DNA of 64,000 bases from Octopus sinensis (GCF_006345805.1 NC_043000.1:74648001-74712000), one strand, 5' to 3'. Positions 11,345 to 22,699 are shown, counted from the first letter of the stretch. The notes: generated from the letters alone by a model not told the origin. Numbers and translations: made by a program.

Positions 11345-12372
11345 GTGGGTGCTTTTTACGTGCTACCTGCACAGGTGCCAGGGGGGTCCGGCATCGGCCA
11401 CGATCGGTTGGAGCTTTTAACGTGCCTCCGGCACAGAAGCCAGCTAAAGCGTCGCTGGCAACGGCCACGTTCGGATGGTGCTTTTTATGTGCCACTGGCA
11501 CAGAAGCCAGTCGGGGCGGTGCTGGCATCGGACACGTAGGGATGGTGCTTTTTATGTGCCACCGCCACAGGAGCCAGTCGGGGCGGGGCTGGCATCGGCC
11601 ACTTTCGGATGGTGCTTTTTATGTGCCACCGGCACAGGAGCCAGTCGGGGCAGCGCTGGCATCGCCCACGTTCGGATGGTGCTTTTTATGTGCCACCGGC
11701 ACAGAAGCCAGTCGGGGCGGCACTGGCATCGGCCACGTTCGGATGGTGCTTTTTATGTGCCACCGGCACAGAAGCCAGTCGGGGTCGGTGCTGGCATCGG
11801 CCACGTTCGGATGGTGCTTTGTATGTGCCACCGGCACAGAAGCCAGTCGGGGCAGCGCTGGCATTGGCCACGTTCGGATGCTGCATTTTATGATCCACTG
11901 GCACAGGAGCCAGTCGGGGCGGCGCTGCCATCGCTACGTTCGGATGGTGCTTTTTATGTGCCACCGGCACAGAAGCCAGTCGGGGCGGCGCTGGCATCGG
12001 CCACGTTCGGATGGTGCTTTTTATGTGCCACTGGCACAGAAGCCAATTGGGGCACCGCTGGCATCGGCCACGTTCGGATGGTGCTTTTTATGTGCCACCG
12101 GCACAGAAGCCAGTCGGGGCGGCGCTGGCATCGGCCACGTTTGGATGCTGCTTTTTATGTCCCACTGGCACAGGAGCCAGTCAGTGCTGTGCTGGCATCG
12201 GCCACGTTCGGATGGAGCTTTTTATGTGCCACCGGCACAGAAGCCAGTCGGGGCGGCACTGGCATCGGCCACGTTCGGATGGTGCTTTTTATGTGCCACC
12301 AGCACAGGAGCCAGTCGGTGCTGCGCTGGCATTGGCCACGTTCGGATGGTGCTTTTTATGTGCCACCAGCAT
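11345..12372. repeat. 67-bp minisatellite in RTE 3'UTR (14 regular units plus 2 divergent)
   Basis: cggatggtgc-type motif at 11472, 11539, 11606, 11673, 11740, 11808, 11875, 11941, 12008, 12075, 12142, 12209, 12276 and 12343. Confidence 0.95.
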
Positions 12373-12502
12373 AGGTATCACAACTACTTTCCATTGATAT
12401 TTATATTTATTTCGATGTTCATGTTCATGTACTTGACTCAACAGGTCTCCTCAAGCACAGCGAGACGTTCCGGGATCCAGGGTACTTTGAATGGGCAGGG
12501 GG

Positions 12503-13837
12503 CTATGCAGAACTGGTGCAGGAAGCAGCCCGGGTCTTTGCAGTCACAGCATATCTCCAGAGATCTCGGCCCTTCGCCATTGCCTCAGTGAGGCCCAACG
12601 CTCTGAGGTCATGCTTGACTACCTCATCCCATGTCTTCCTGGGTCTACCTCTCCCCCTGATACCTTCAACTCTTTGGAAGTGGCACTTCTTCACACATCT
12701 CTCCTCATCCATCTGCAGCACATGACCATACCATCGCAAGCGTCGCTCTTGCATACCACATCTGATGCTTCTTATATCCAGCATTTCTCTCAGGGTGCTT
12801 ACACTCTGTCGTGCGTGCACACTGACATTACACATCCAGCGGATCATGCTAGCTTCATTTCTTTCAAGTCTACGCATGTCCTCTGCAGTCACAGCCCATG
12901 TTTCACTACCATGAAGCATGGCAGTTCGCACACATGCATCATACAATCTACCTTTCGCTCTGAGGGAGAGACCCTTTGTCGCCAGTAGGGGTAGGAGCTT
13001 TCTGAACTTTGCCCAGGCTATTCGTATTCTAGTGGTGATACTCTCTGTGCATCCACCTCCACTACTAACTTGGTCACCCAGGTAGTGGAAACTATCAACT
13101 ACTTCTAGTTTCTCTCCCTGGTGTGTGATGGAATCTGTTTTCTGAGTGTCTGTGGTGTTTATTGTCCCTGTGCATCTGCCGCACATGAAAGCTATCTTAT
13201 CTGTTAATTTCCCTTTAATGTTGCTGCACCTCTTGTACGTCCATAGCTTACATTGGGTGCATCTTATGGAGTTTCTACCTACACCTTTTCTACAGATCGA
13301 GCAGGGCCACCTGCCCGAGGGGGTGTGTGCTGAGTTCGCCTTTCTGCTTACTATAACTTTGGTCTTTGCTACATTTACTCTAAGGCCCTTTGATTCTAGC
13401 CCTTGCTTCCACACCCGAAATTTCTTTTCTAGTTCCGGTAGTGATTCTGCTATGAGAGCCAGGTCATCAGCATAGAGGAGCTCCCAGAGGCATCCTGTTT
13501 TGAATTCCTCTGTTATTGCCTGGAGGACTATGATGAACAAAAGGGGACTGAGGGCTGAGCCTTGGTGCACACCTACTTCTACCCGGAATTCTTCACTATA
13601 TTCGTTGCCAATCCTAACCTTGCTGACAGCCTCTCTGTATAGAGCCTGTACAGCCCTTATTAGCCATTCGTCAATCTCCAGTTTCCGCATCGACCACCAG
13701 ATAAGGGAACGGGGAACCCTGTCAAAGGCTTTCTCCAAGTCCACAAAAGCTATGTAGAGGGGTTTATCTTTAGCTAGGTACTTCTCCTGCAGTTGTCGGA
13801 CCAGGAATATAGCATCAGTGGTGCTTCTACCCAGCAC
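12503..13837 (-). pseudogene. RTE reverse transcriptase C-terminal half with embedded PHD-like Cys cluster
   Basis: 444-aa open frame: STTDAIF...DLEKAFDRVP...HQGSALSP...LYADDL, then CSICRKGVGRNSIRCTQCKLWTYKRC...CGRC, then YLG and RRLRWYGH...RGRGRPRKTW. Confidence 0.9.
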
Positions 13838-14845
13838 AAACCAAACTGCATTTCATCTAAGCAAATTCTCTCCCTAATGAGATGGGTTATGACCCTCTTC
13901 ATGACCTTCCTCACCTAATCCAACAGTTTGATACCCCTGTAGTTATTTCTATCTAGAGCATCACCCTTACCCTTGTAGCAGTTGACTATGGTGCTGCTAA
14001 GCCAGTCATTGGGTATGACTCCATTATGAACTACCTGGTTTACAATGCGGGTGACTAGGCCATAGCCCACATAGCCAGCTGTTTTAAGCATCTCAACAGT
14101 GATTCCTGATGGGCCGGGGGCTTTACCTGTTTTCATATCCTTAATTGCCTTATCTACAAGGGAGCTGTCTATTCGGGTAGCTGGTCCCTCTACTGGGTCA
14201 ACATTTGGCAGGCTCTCCTCCTCCCATTCATTCTCCTCATTCAGCAGTCTTTCATAATGGCTTCTCCAAGCCTCTTTCTTTTCACTAACAGTAAAAGCAA
14301 GTGCCCCATCATCCATGCGGACACATTTCTCTCCTGTAACATCACTATTTTCTCTGACACACTGTCGGGCAATCCGAAATACCTCAGCTCTTTGGTCCTC
14401 ACGTCGCTGGACATTGGCAAACTTCTTCTTTTCTGCTACATCTTTGGCTATGTATACCTGCCGCCCAGCCTCCCTTTTGGCTACCTGGTACAGTTCCCTG
14501 CTGCCCCCATCCCTCCAAGCTTTCCAGGCCCGTCCCTTTACACTAATGGCTTTGTCTACTGCACTATTCCACCACCACATAACTCTAGGTCTGGAAGGGA
14601 CTTTGCACCATCCACAGACTCGGTCCTTGCCACTAGTCTTTGAAGTAGCCTGTAGAAGGGTATCATAAAAGTGGTCCTTCTGATCATTTGGTAGTCCCGC
14701 TTGTGGGGCATAGGCGGAGATAATCGTAGCTGTGCCACTCTGTAGGACCAACCTGAGCTTAAGCACTCTATCGCAAACCTCTATGACCTTATCCACCCAT
14801 TTCTCCGCAAGGAGAATGCCTACCCCCCTACACCTTCCATATATA

Positions 14846-14851
14846 TATATA

Positions 14852-14885
<34 letters not shown>

Positions 14886-15122
14886 TATATGTATGTGTGT
14901 GCCTGTGGATTCACATACAACCACACCAATTTTTTTTTTCATCAATCTTTCAATTATAACGTGTGTGCGTGCACACATGTATACACACATATAAACCTCT
15001 ACATTTTTACACACACGCACATGTATACATACATTCACTCGCACACACACACTCACACACATATATATATATATACACAACACACACATACATACACACA
15101 CACCAAGCACAGATGCCCACAT
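14846..15122 (-). mobile_element. Distal terminal-repeat segment of the Penelope element, split off by the CR1 insertion
   Basis: Ends ...gcacagatgcccacat at 15122 and continues as atatacctccaacaaac at 19864. The uninterrupted sequence is present inverted at about 9968-10262. Confidence 0.7.
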
Positions 15123-15785
15123 CATATGGTCAAGGAATATGGCGACCTGGCAGCTGGAGTCTTAGAGTAGCTGACCACCGAAGTTCCATATAATATGGGA
15201 AGGAAAAAGGAAAAGGAGGAAAATACAATGTTACTAAAACAAAGACACATTCACATGTAGACAAACAAATGGTTTGATTAGGGTATAATCAATTTGGCGA
15301 GGAAACTAAAGAGAAAATATTACGACGATGACCACCACAGATCTACAATGGAAGAATTCACCACGTGTAGTTGAGGGTAAAAGAAAACGTTGAACGACAG
15401 TAAGTACGTCCAAAATTTATAAAGCAGTGACATACATACATACATAGATACTTGTAGCACACATATATATACGTGCAGAGTGAAAATAAGTCACGCTATT
15501 TAATGTGACGGACTACACTGCAAAAGAAATCAAAAAATCACTGATTTCATTTCTGTTTACAAACTTTCTCCGTGTCTACACTAAACATACGCACAAATCC
15601 TTTTATATATACACACGCAATATTTAAGAAAAAAAGGAATATACACAAAAAAGAACGAAACATGTGTATATACACACGCAATATTTAAGAACAAAAGGAA
15701 TATACACAAAAAAAGAACGAATTAAAAACAAATATTTTATATTTTACTTTTATCGTATTGTTGTTTACATTTTCTGTCTCTACGG

Positions 15786-16190
15786 ATGACCAGAAGCAAC
15801 AGAATCGCCATGGTGGAATCCATAGCGGCGTGCGATAAGACTGGTCGCTGCTCCAAAATAGAACACTGCCCAGAAAATCACACCTGCCACATCTGTACGG
15901 AACCCGAAAATACGTTCCGTAATCGCTGGGTCGAATGTGGGACATGCCTCATCTCTGTCTGCCTCCAATGTGCCACGGACTTTCAGAAGATCCCAGGCCA
16001 AAAAAAGAGCCATCATAATGCTATGATGGATAGACTCTGGAAGATGGTTCAGCTTAAATCTTGGACTTTTCAGTGTCAGGCCTGCGTGCCTCCACAACCG
16101 ACGATTGTGTCTCCCCCTTTCACTCCCGTGGAGGAGGCGGAACAGCAACAGCAGCAACAACAAAATCAACCACAACTAGAGCAGCAGCAG

Positions 16191-16224
<34 letters not shown>

Positions 16225-16970
16225 AGCAGCAACAACAAAATCAACCACAACCAGAGCAGCAGCAACAACAACATCAACAACAACAGCAGCAACAACAAAA
16301 TCAACCACAACCAGAGCAGCAACAGCAGCAACAACAACACCAATTGACCAGTGCGGTTCTTGCAGAACTGCAACAATCGATCTGTGCTTTAAGAGGGGAA
16401 GTAGCAGGAATAAAAGCAACCATTCAGGTTGGACTCCACAATGAGGGGTCTTATCGGAATGCTCTGCTAAAGAACCTCCCTCTACCTGTACCTCTTGTCG
16501 CATCTAAGACCGCGGATTCTGCTACCCATGAAGTCATTGCCATTGGGGTGCCTGAAGACATGGCTGATCTTCAGGCATTTGCTGCCAACTCAGCCAAAGA
16601 CCTAGGCTGCATTCCCCCAACGGGTGCTATCCGCCTTGGACGACCTGGCCCAAAACCTAGGCTCATCAAGCTGTCTTTTTCGGACCACACTGAGGCAACC
16701 TCTTACCATCTGGCCTCAGTTAAAGCTGGGCGTGAAAATCGGACCACCTTCCGAACACGCCCAGGCTTACCGTCCGATCTACGTCCGAAGCTACGTGTAG
16801 CGGCTTCCCTGAATAGGAACTCAGCTCTACAGGAAAGCTTCAGTCTTCGGGAAGATGGACAAATCTGGAGATTTGTCAAGACTGATGAAACGTGGAAGAG
16901 AGATACCAGCTGGTCTGAGTGCTCTCTACCCACAATAACTAAAAAGACTACAGCAACTCAGAGAAACTAA
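15786..16970 (+). CDS. CR1 ORF1p (394 aa): PHD-like finger, polyQ tract, coiled coil, RRM-like/CTD region
   Basis: CHIC...CGTC..SVCLQC...CQAC finger, a Q-rich tract, LAELQQSICALRGEVAGIK coiled coil, and VIAIGVPED / IRLGRPGPKPRLIKLSF RRM-like motifs. The frame is uninterrupted. Confidence 0.85.
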
Positions 16971-19790
16971 GCCAGGACAATCTGCCATCCTCCACACACC
17001 ATCATAAACTGCGAGCAGGGTACAAATTGTTGTCCTTAAATGCTCACAGTTTATGCAACAAAATACATTTGTTCAACGCCTACGTCAGAAGTGTTGACCC
17101 TGACTTCATCACTGTCACGGAAACATGGGCGCATTCCTTACTCTGTGATGGGGTTTTCAACATCACGGGGTACAACCTCTTCCGTAAGGACCGCACTAAC
17201 CGCCGTGGTGGTGGTGTGATGGTCTACGTTCGTTCAAATTTTTTGGTAATTCCTTGTGCCGATTTGAACGAATCACAAGAAGAAGTTTTTTTCTGTGACG
17301 TACGTATGACCATGTCAACACTCCTGCTTGGCGTTGTTTATCGTCCCCCAAATTACCATCAGGACACACAGCTTTGCAACATCCGAGCTGCAGCCAGGAA
17401 AACAGCCACTTATGTGTTTATTGCAGGCGATTTCAATCATCCTGAGATCGATTGGGAAACCTTCCGTTGGCCACAGAGTGCAAACGATTTTGTTGAGCTT
17501 GTGCTGGACTCAAACTGGTCACAAGTAGTCACCTCTCCAACAAGAGGCGACAACACCTTGGACCTGCTCTTCACCACAACTCCTGAAGCGGTTATCAATT
17601 GCACTACGGAGGAACCTCTAGGTGACTCTGATCATGCTATGATCATCGCCAATCTGGCTCTTGCAGGCAACAAACACCTGAACCATCTCCAATCTGCTTC
17701 CTTCGATTGGAAGAGAGCAGATTGGAACCTGTACCACACTGAACTACAGCACCCAAACTGGCGTGAATTCTACAACTCTGGAGATGTGAATACTATACTC
17801 CAGAGTATCCTGGACTCAATATGGGCAGCATGTGCAGCATCAGTGCCACGTAAACAAAAGAAGAAGAACCGCCCCAAAAGGGCAATTTGGGAAACTTCAG
17901 CGGTCCGACTTGCCAGGAAGGAACGTCGGACTGCTGAACAGGAATACAAGTTGCATAAATCAGACACCAACAGGAAGAAGCGGAATAAATCCTCCAACCA
18001 TCTCAAGCAAGTGACAAAAAATGCAGTGCTTGAATTTGAACAGTGCATAGCAGCCAATCTTGACAGCAAGGTTTTCTGGAAATATGTGCATTCAAAGCAG
18101 AGACCTCACTCTCCAGTGGGCCCTCTTTGCAACCCTCACACGAACCAGATCACTGACGACCCCAAGGAATGCGCAGAACTCATTGCCGAGTGCTATGCAA
18201 ACATATTCACTGTCGAAAGTCAAAATGTACCATCTTCACCATCACTAACAGCAAACTCCATAACAACTATGGAATTTACACCTGCAATGCTGCGACGTCA
18301 CCTTCAAAATAAGCGCAACTATGCCTCCCCTGGTCTCGATGGAGTTACATACCTGCTTCTCAAACGTGGCAGGCACTTCCTTTTACACCAGCTTTCTATT
18401 TTCTTCCAGTACTGTCTCAACAATGGTGCTACTCCGGAGCAGTGGAAAACTGCCAGTGTCATTCCTCTGTTCAAAAAGGGTGACCGCACATCACCTGTCA
18501 ACTATCGCCCAGTCAGTCTCACTAGCTGTATTGCAAAACTGATGGAATCGTATGTCAGAGAAACACTCTGGAACTTCTGGAGCTCTCACAGTCTCATCCG
18601 ACCCTCACAATATGGATTTGTCCCTAACTCCAGCTGCAGTGACCAGCTTGTCGAGTTCCTTGAGGACATTACTCAGATCACTGACAGTGGCTCATGGGTG
18701 GATGTTGTCTACCTTGACTTTGCTAAGGCTTTCAACTCTGTGCCACACAAAAGGCTTATGGTGAAACTCTCTGCAATGGGTGTTGGGGGATGACCTTTTT
18801 AACTGGTTGAAATCCTTCATCCTCAGCCGAAAGGAGGTAGTCACAGTTCTAGGACAGCACTCTACACCATATGAGATGTCATCGGGTGTACCACAGGGAT
18901 CTGTCCTTGGTCCCCTCCTGTTTGTGGCATACATTAATGACATAGATGCCAATTTAAAGAATGCCACAGTATTGAAATATGCAGACGACATCAAGCTGTA
19001 CCTTGAAATCAAGAGGACTGATCCTGATGTCTACAACTCTTTCCTGCAATCAGACCTAGACACAATGCAGCAATGGATCACAGACTGGCAACTGAAACTG
19101 GCTGTGGACAAGTGTACCACCATGCATTTTGGGAGAAAAAACCCTGCATCCACATACTCCCTCCACAACACTGATATCAAGAAATCCTCTTGCGAGCGTG
19201 ACCTAGGCATCACTGTCAGCAGTGATTTGCATTGGACAAAGCATATCTCTAAAATTGTCAAGAAGGACGAGGGTGTCTTGGCATCACTCAGCAAGACTTT
19301 TGTTAGCCGCTCTCCAGCCATCTATTTAAAACTGTATACAGCTATGGTACGACCACACTTGGAATTCGCATCATCAGTTTGGAATCCCTATCTTGCTCAG
19401 AACATTGACCTCCTGGAATCTGTCCAGAGACGTGCAACCAAATGCATACCCTCCATCAGACACCTACCATATTCTGAGCGCCTTGTTTCCCTGGGCATGG
19501 ATTCACTGAAGCTCCAGCGTCTAGCGACGGACTTGGTAAACACCCACAAGGTTATCAACCACCTCACCAACAACAACACTGAACACCTTTTTGATCTCCA
19601 TGTGTCTAACACACGTGGACATGCCTACAAAGTCAGAAAACAGCACAGCTCCCATGACTTTCGGAAACATTTTTTCACGCTCAGGGTTGCTGAAGCGTGG
19701 AATAAACTGCCTGCATCAGTTGTTGACTGCCATGACACTGCATCCTTTAAGGCCCTCATGCTTCCCGAAATCCGTCGAAACTACACCTGA
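16943..19790 (+). CDS. CR1 ORF2p (APE endonuclease + reverse transcriptase), broken by one frameshift at G5 run 18785-18789
   Basis: LSLNAHSL, ITVTETW, AGDFNHP, LDLLF and GDSDH (APE); NYRPVSLTS, QYGF, YLDFAKAF, VPQGSVLGP and KYADD (RT). The frame is open from 16943 and switches at about 18790 to ORF 18780..19790. Confidence 0.85.
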
Positions 19791-19863
19791 TTATATATAC
19801 ACTTTAGATGAGTTGTAGTGCACCTGAGCACTGTACACAATTATTATTATTATTATTATTATT

Positions 19864-21535
19864 ATATACCTCCAACAAACAATACTCATACGCGCACTTC
19901 ACATAGTTTTAATTCTTAATATATCAACCAGTTTCGCTATCGCTATTCATGATGTTATGGTTTACTTATTTGAATATGTGTTTTCTTAAGAAGAAATTTT
20001 GTCCATTTTGTGTGTGATGATATTTATGAGTGAATGACTTCACAAGTAGAAAAATAAGGGGAGGTAATTGGTTATTGTTACTATAGTTATTGTGGTGGAC
20101 AAGGGAGATAACTGTTCAGTTTTTGGTAAGGGGAGGGGAATATATATGTACAGACAAAAAAAGTTTCAAAAAACTTCTATTAGTGAGGGGATTTAAGTAC
20201 AGTGATGTAATCATGAATTGAAATTTGTAAAAAGATAAAAGTTGGTAATGCGTGCATATTAAGACATGTTCTGTATTTTTCAATGAAAATAGTTTCTTTA
20301 TTTAAACATTCTTGTGGGGAGATTGTGTCTTTACACTGGTAGAAGGGGAAGACTGAAATTTGGTTTGATGTTATCTGCACATTTTTTTATATGTTCACTT
20401 AGAGGAATTTTTCTGTATTGCAGGAAACGGATTTGCTCTTTATGTGATTCTCTTTCTCAAGGTCATACTCGTCTGTCCAATATAGTTGTGTCTGCAACCC
20501 GAGCAGGTTATTATATAAATTAGGTTCTCAGAGGCACAAGTGAAACTAGTTTTAAGTGTGAACCTCTGTCCTTGTTTGAAAAGGAAATCCAAGCCGGTTG
20601 GGGCAGGTTCCACAGTTTGGGTGTCCACATTTTTTAACCGTTGGTTTCGTGGTTGTTTTCTAAAGCTTCGCATTTGTTAGTAGTCTCTTAAGCGATTTGT
20701 CTTTTTTTTTGCATTTGATGAGTTTGTTTGTTTTCAGGATGTCGTTCATTTTTGGATCTCTAGTTAGTAAAGGAAGATTTTGCACAATAGTGTTGAATGC
20801 TTCACTGTTTCTGGGGTTGTGTGTTGATATAAATAGTAATGTTTTGAGATGAGGTGCGATGTTATATTTTGTTGTTCTTAGTGTTTTTTTGTCTAATTTT
20901 TTTTGGCACATTTAATACCCTCATCTGTAAGTGAGGCTGGATATTGTCTTTCAGTAAGTGTTGTTTTGAGGTCTTGAAGACGAAGGTCCCGAGTTGTTCT
21001 ATCGGACACTATTGTGCAAATCCTTTCTGCCAAATTGAAAGGGATATTTATTTTGATGTGTTTCGAATGGCATGAGTTAAAGAGGGAATATTGTTTTGAA
21101 TCAGTTGGTTTATAATAGATGTCAGTTATGATTTGATTGTTGACTTTTTTTATCATGATGTCTAAAAATGGTAGTTGTTCTTTGTTATATTCCATTGTGA
21201 ATTGAATGTTACCATTTATATCAGTTAGTGTTGATTTGAAATCCAAAAGTTTGTCGATGTTCTCCTTCCAAATGATAAAACAGTCATCCAGGTATCTTCT
21301 CCAATTTTCTCTTATGTAGAGGTAAAATGAGTAACCATATTTCTGAAGTGATACTTCATATAAGGTGAATTCAAAATAATCCATTATTAGGTTCAATATA
21401 CCAAGGGCTGCTTTCATTCCCATTGCAATTCCGCATTTCTGACGATAGTATGTGTCATCAAATAGGAAATAATTATTCTGAAGTATAAATTTTAAAGATT
21501 CAATAATAAAGATCTGATTATGCGTTCCAGGAGTA

Positions 21536-21584
<49 letters not shown>

Positions 21585-21600
21585 GAGCATCTGTATATTT
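19864..21600 (-). mobile_element. Penelope-like element (RT + GIY-YIG), degraded
   Basis: YYRQKCGIAMG, WRRYLDDCF, LPFLDIM and YYKPTDSKQY (ORF 20893..21624); ENLIYIITCSGCRHNYIGQT (GIY-YIG, ORF 20440..20673). Interrupted by (TA)n at about 21536-21582. Confidence 0.9.
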
Positions 21601-21769
21601 GTAGTAATGATTGTTTGCCAACATAACATGGCAGTTCTGGTTAAGGACTAATGTTGCTGTAATTTAGCCCCAGGAGACATCGTCTCCAGCTGGTTATATG
21701 ACATGATCTGTGTCCTTATATTTTCAAACAAGGAAATCTAGCACCCTCACTTAGCTCAAAACAATATCT

Positions 21770-21808
21770 GTGTATCGCAATTCCTGGGTTATTTCCCTTC
21801 ATCAGCAC
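21770..21808 (-). ncRNA. Hammerhead ribozyme-like motif (copy 1)
   Basis: GUG-CUGAUGA-AGGG-AAAUAA-CCCA-GGAA-UUGCG-AUA-CAC; the GAAA core is mutated to GGAA. Confidence 0.55.
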
Positions 21809-22122
21809 AGAATAATTGCTCAGCTAGAGGTGGCGCTGCCAAATTCCTATTCGAAATATATAGTTTTCAAAGAGACAACTAGTCACTGATTTATAAATTA
21901 GAAAATTACTATTTTTAAATCTCACACCATGAGATATTCAGCAACAGTACTTTGGAGTATAGATTGTTTGCCAACATAACATAGCAGTCCTGGTTTAGGA
22001 CTAATGTTGCTGTAATTTAGCCCCAGGAGACATCGTCTCCAGCTGGTTATATGACACGATCTGTGTCCTTATATTTTTGAATGCAAATTAGGCAGCGCCA
22101 CCTCTAGCTGAACAAATATTCT

Positions 22123-22161
22123 ATGCTGATGAACGAAAATAACCCAGAAATCGCGATACAC
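22123..22161 (+). ncRNA. Hammerhead ribozyme-like motif (copy 2, inverted pLTR)
   Basis: AUG-CUGAUGA-ACGAAAAUAACCCA-GAAA-UCGCG-AUA-CAC; the core is intact, stem III is palindromic (AUCGCGAU), and stem II is eroded. Confidence 0.55.
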
Positions 22162-22384
22162 AGATATTGTTTTGAGCTGAGTGGGGGTGCTAGCTTCCCT
22201 TGTTCGAAAATATAAGGACAAAGATTGTGTCGTACAGCCAGCTGGAGATGATGTCTCCTGGGGCTAAATTACAGCAACATTACTCCTAAACCAGGACTGC
22301 CATGTTATGTTGGCACACAATCTTTACTACAAAGTACTGTTGCTGAGTATCTCATGTTGTGAGATTTAAAAATAGTAATTTTCT

Positions 22385-22428
22385 AATCTGTATATTTATA
22401 TATATGTATATGGATATATGTGTGTATG

Positions 22429-22503
<75 letters not shown>

Positions 22504-22572
22504 AATGTATACATATACATATATATATGTGAATACACACACACACGCATATATATATATATATATATATAT
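22385..22572. repeat. Compound (TA)n/(TG)n microsatellite
   Basis: Direct reading. Confidence 0.95.
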
Positions 22573-22699
22573 AAATTAGAAAACCCACCTTTTATCAATT
22601 CAAAATGAAAAATTAAATTACACCATCTAGAAAATTACATATAATAGAAATATTAAATATAAGATAAAAAAGATACAGATGATTAAGTAATGTGCAAAA

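Larger units (their letters stand above)
11188..14838 (-). mobile_element. RTE-clade LINE, 5'-truncated, inactivated
   Basis: (GAT)n tail at 11188, a 3'UTR with a 67-bp minisatellite, and ORF pieces 12503..13837 and 13915..14838 with RT motifs (DLEKAFD, HQGSALSP, LYADD). There is a stop after GIKLLD, a frameshift, and an internal endonuclease deletion. Confidence 0.92.
15123..19863 (+). mobile_element. Full-length CR1-clade LINE (~4.74 kb)
   Basis: Boundaries are fixed by the interrupted host repeat (2-bp AT duplication). It has a ~660-bp 5'UTR, ORF1, ORF2 with APE and RT plus the CR1-type TRGH..K..R..FF..RV..WN.LP C-terminus, a 3' stem-loop AGTGC-ACCTGA-GCACT, and an (ATT)n tail. Confidence 0.92.
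21605..22387. repeat. Tandem plus inverted Penelope pseudo-LTR array (~350-bp unit)
   Basis: 21610-21728 is repeated at about 21963-22080. 22085-22387 is the reverse complement of the unit (the segment continuing to about 21845 plus 21893-22078). Confidence 0.85.

Noticed and set aside
11422-12591. Long overlapping ORFs (389, 299 aa) and a CRISPR-like regular repeat
   Set aside because: These are contiguous 67-bp tandem units with no unique spacers and no cas genes, in a eukaryotic LINE UTR. The ORFs just cycle frames through a GC-rich repeat.
15780-16503. Poly-Leu, poly-Val/Ala and poly-Thr ORFs
   Set aside because: They are alternative-frame and antisense readings of the CAA/CAG tract in CR1 ORF1.
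19921-19955. Another hammerhead-like motif (GCGAAACUGGUUGAU), and gctgaacgcgaaaccggtc at about 33500 and 38680
   Set aside because: The CUGANGA core is missing or truncated and stem II is not convincing.
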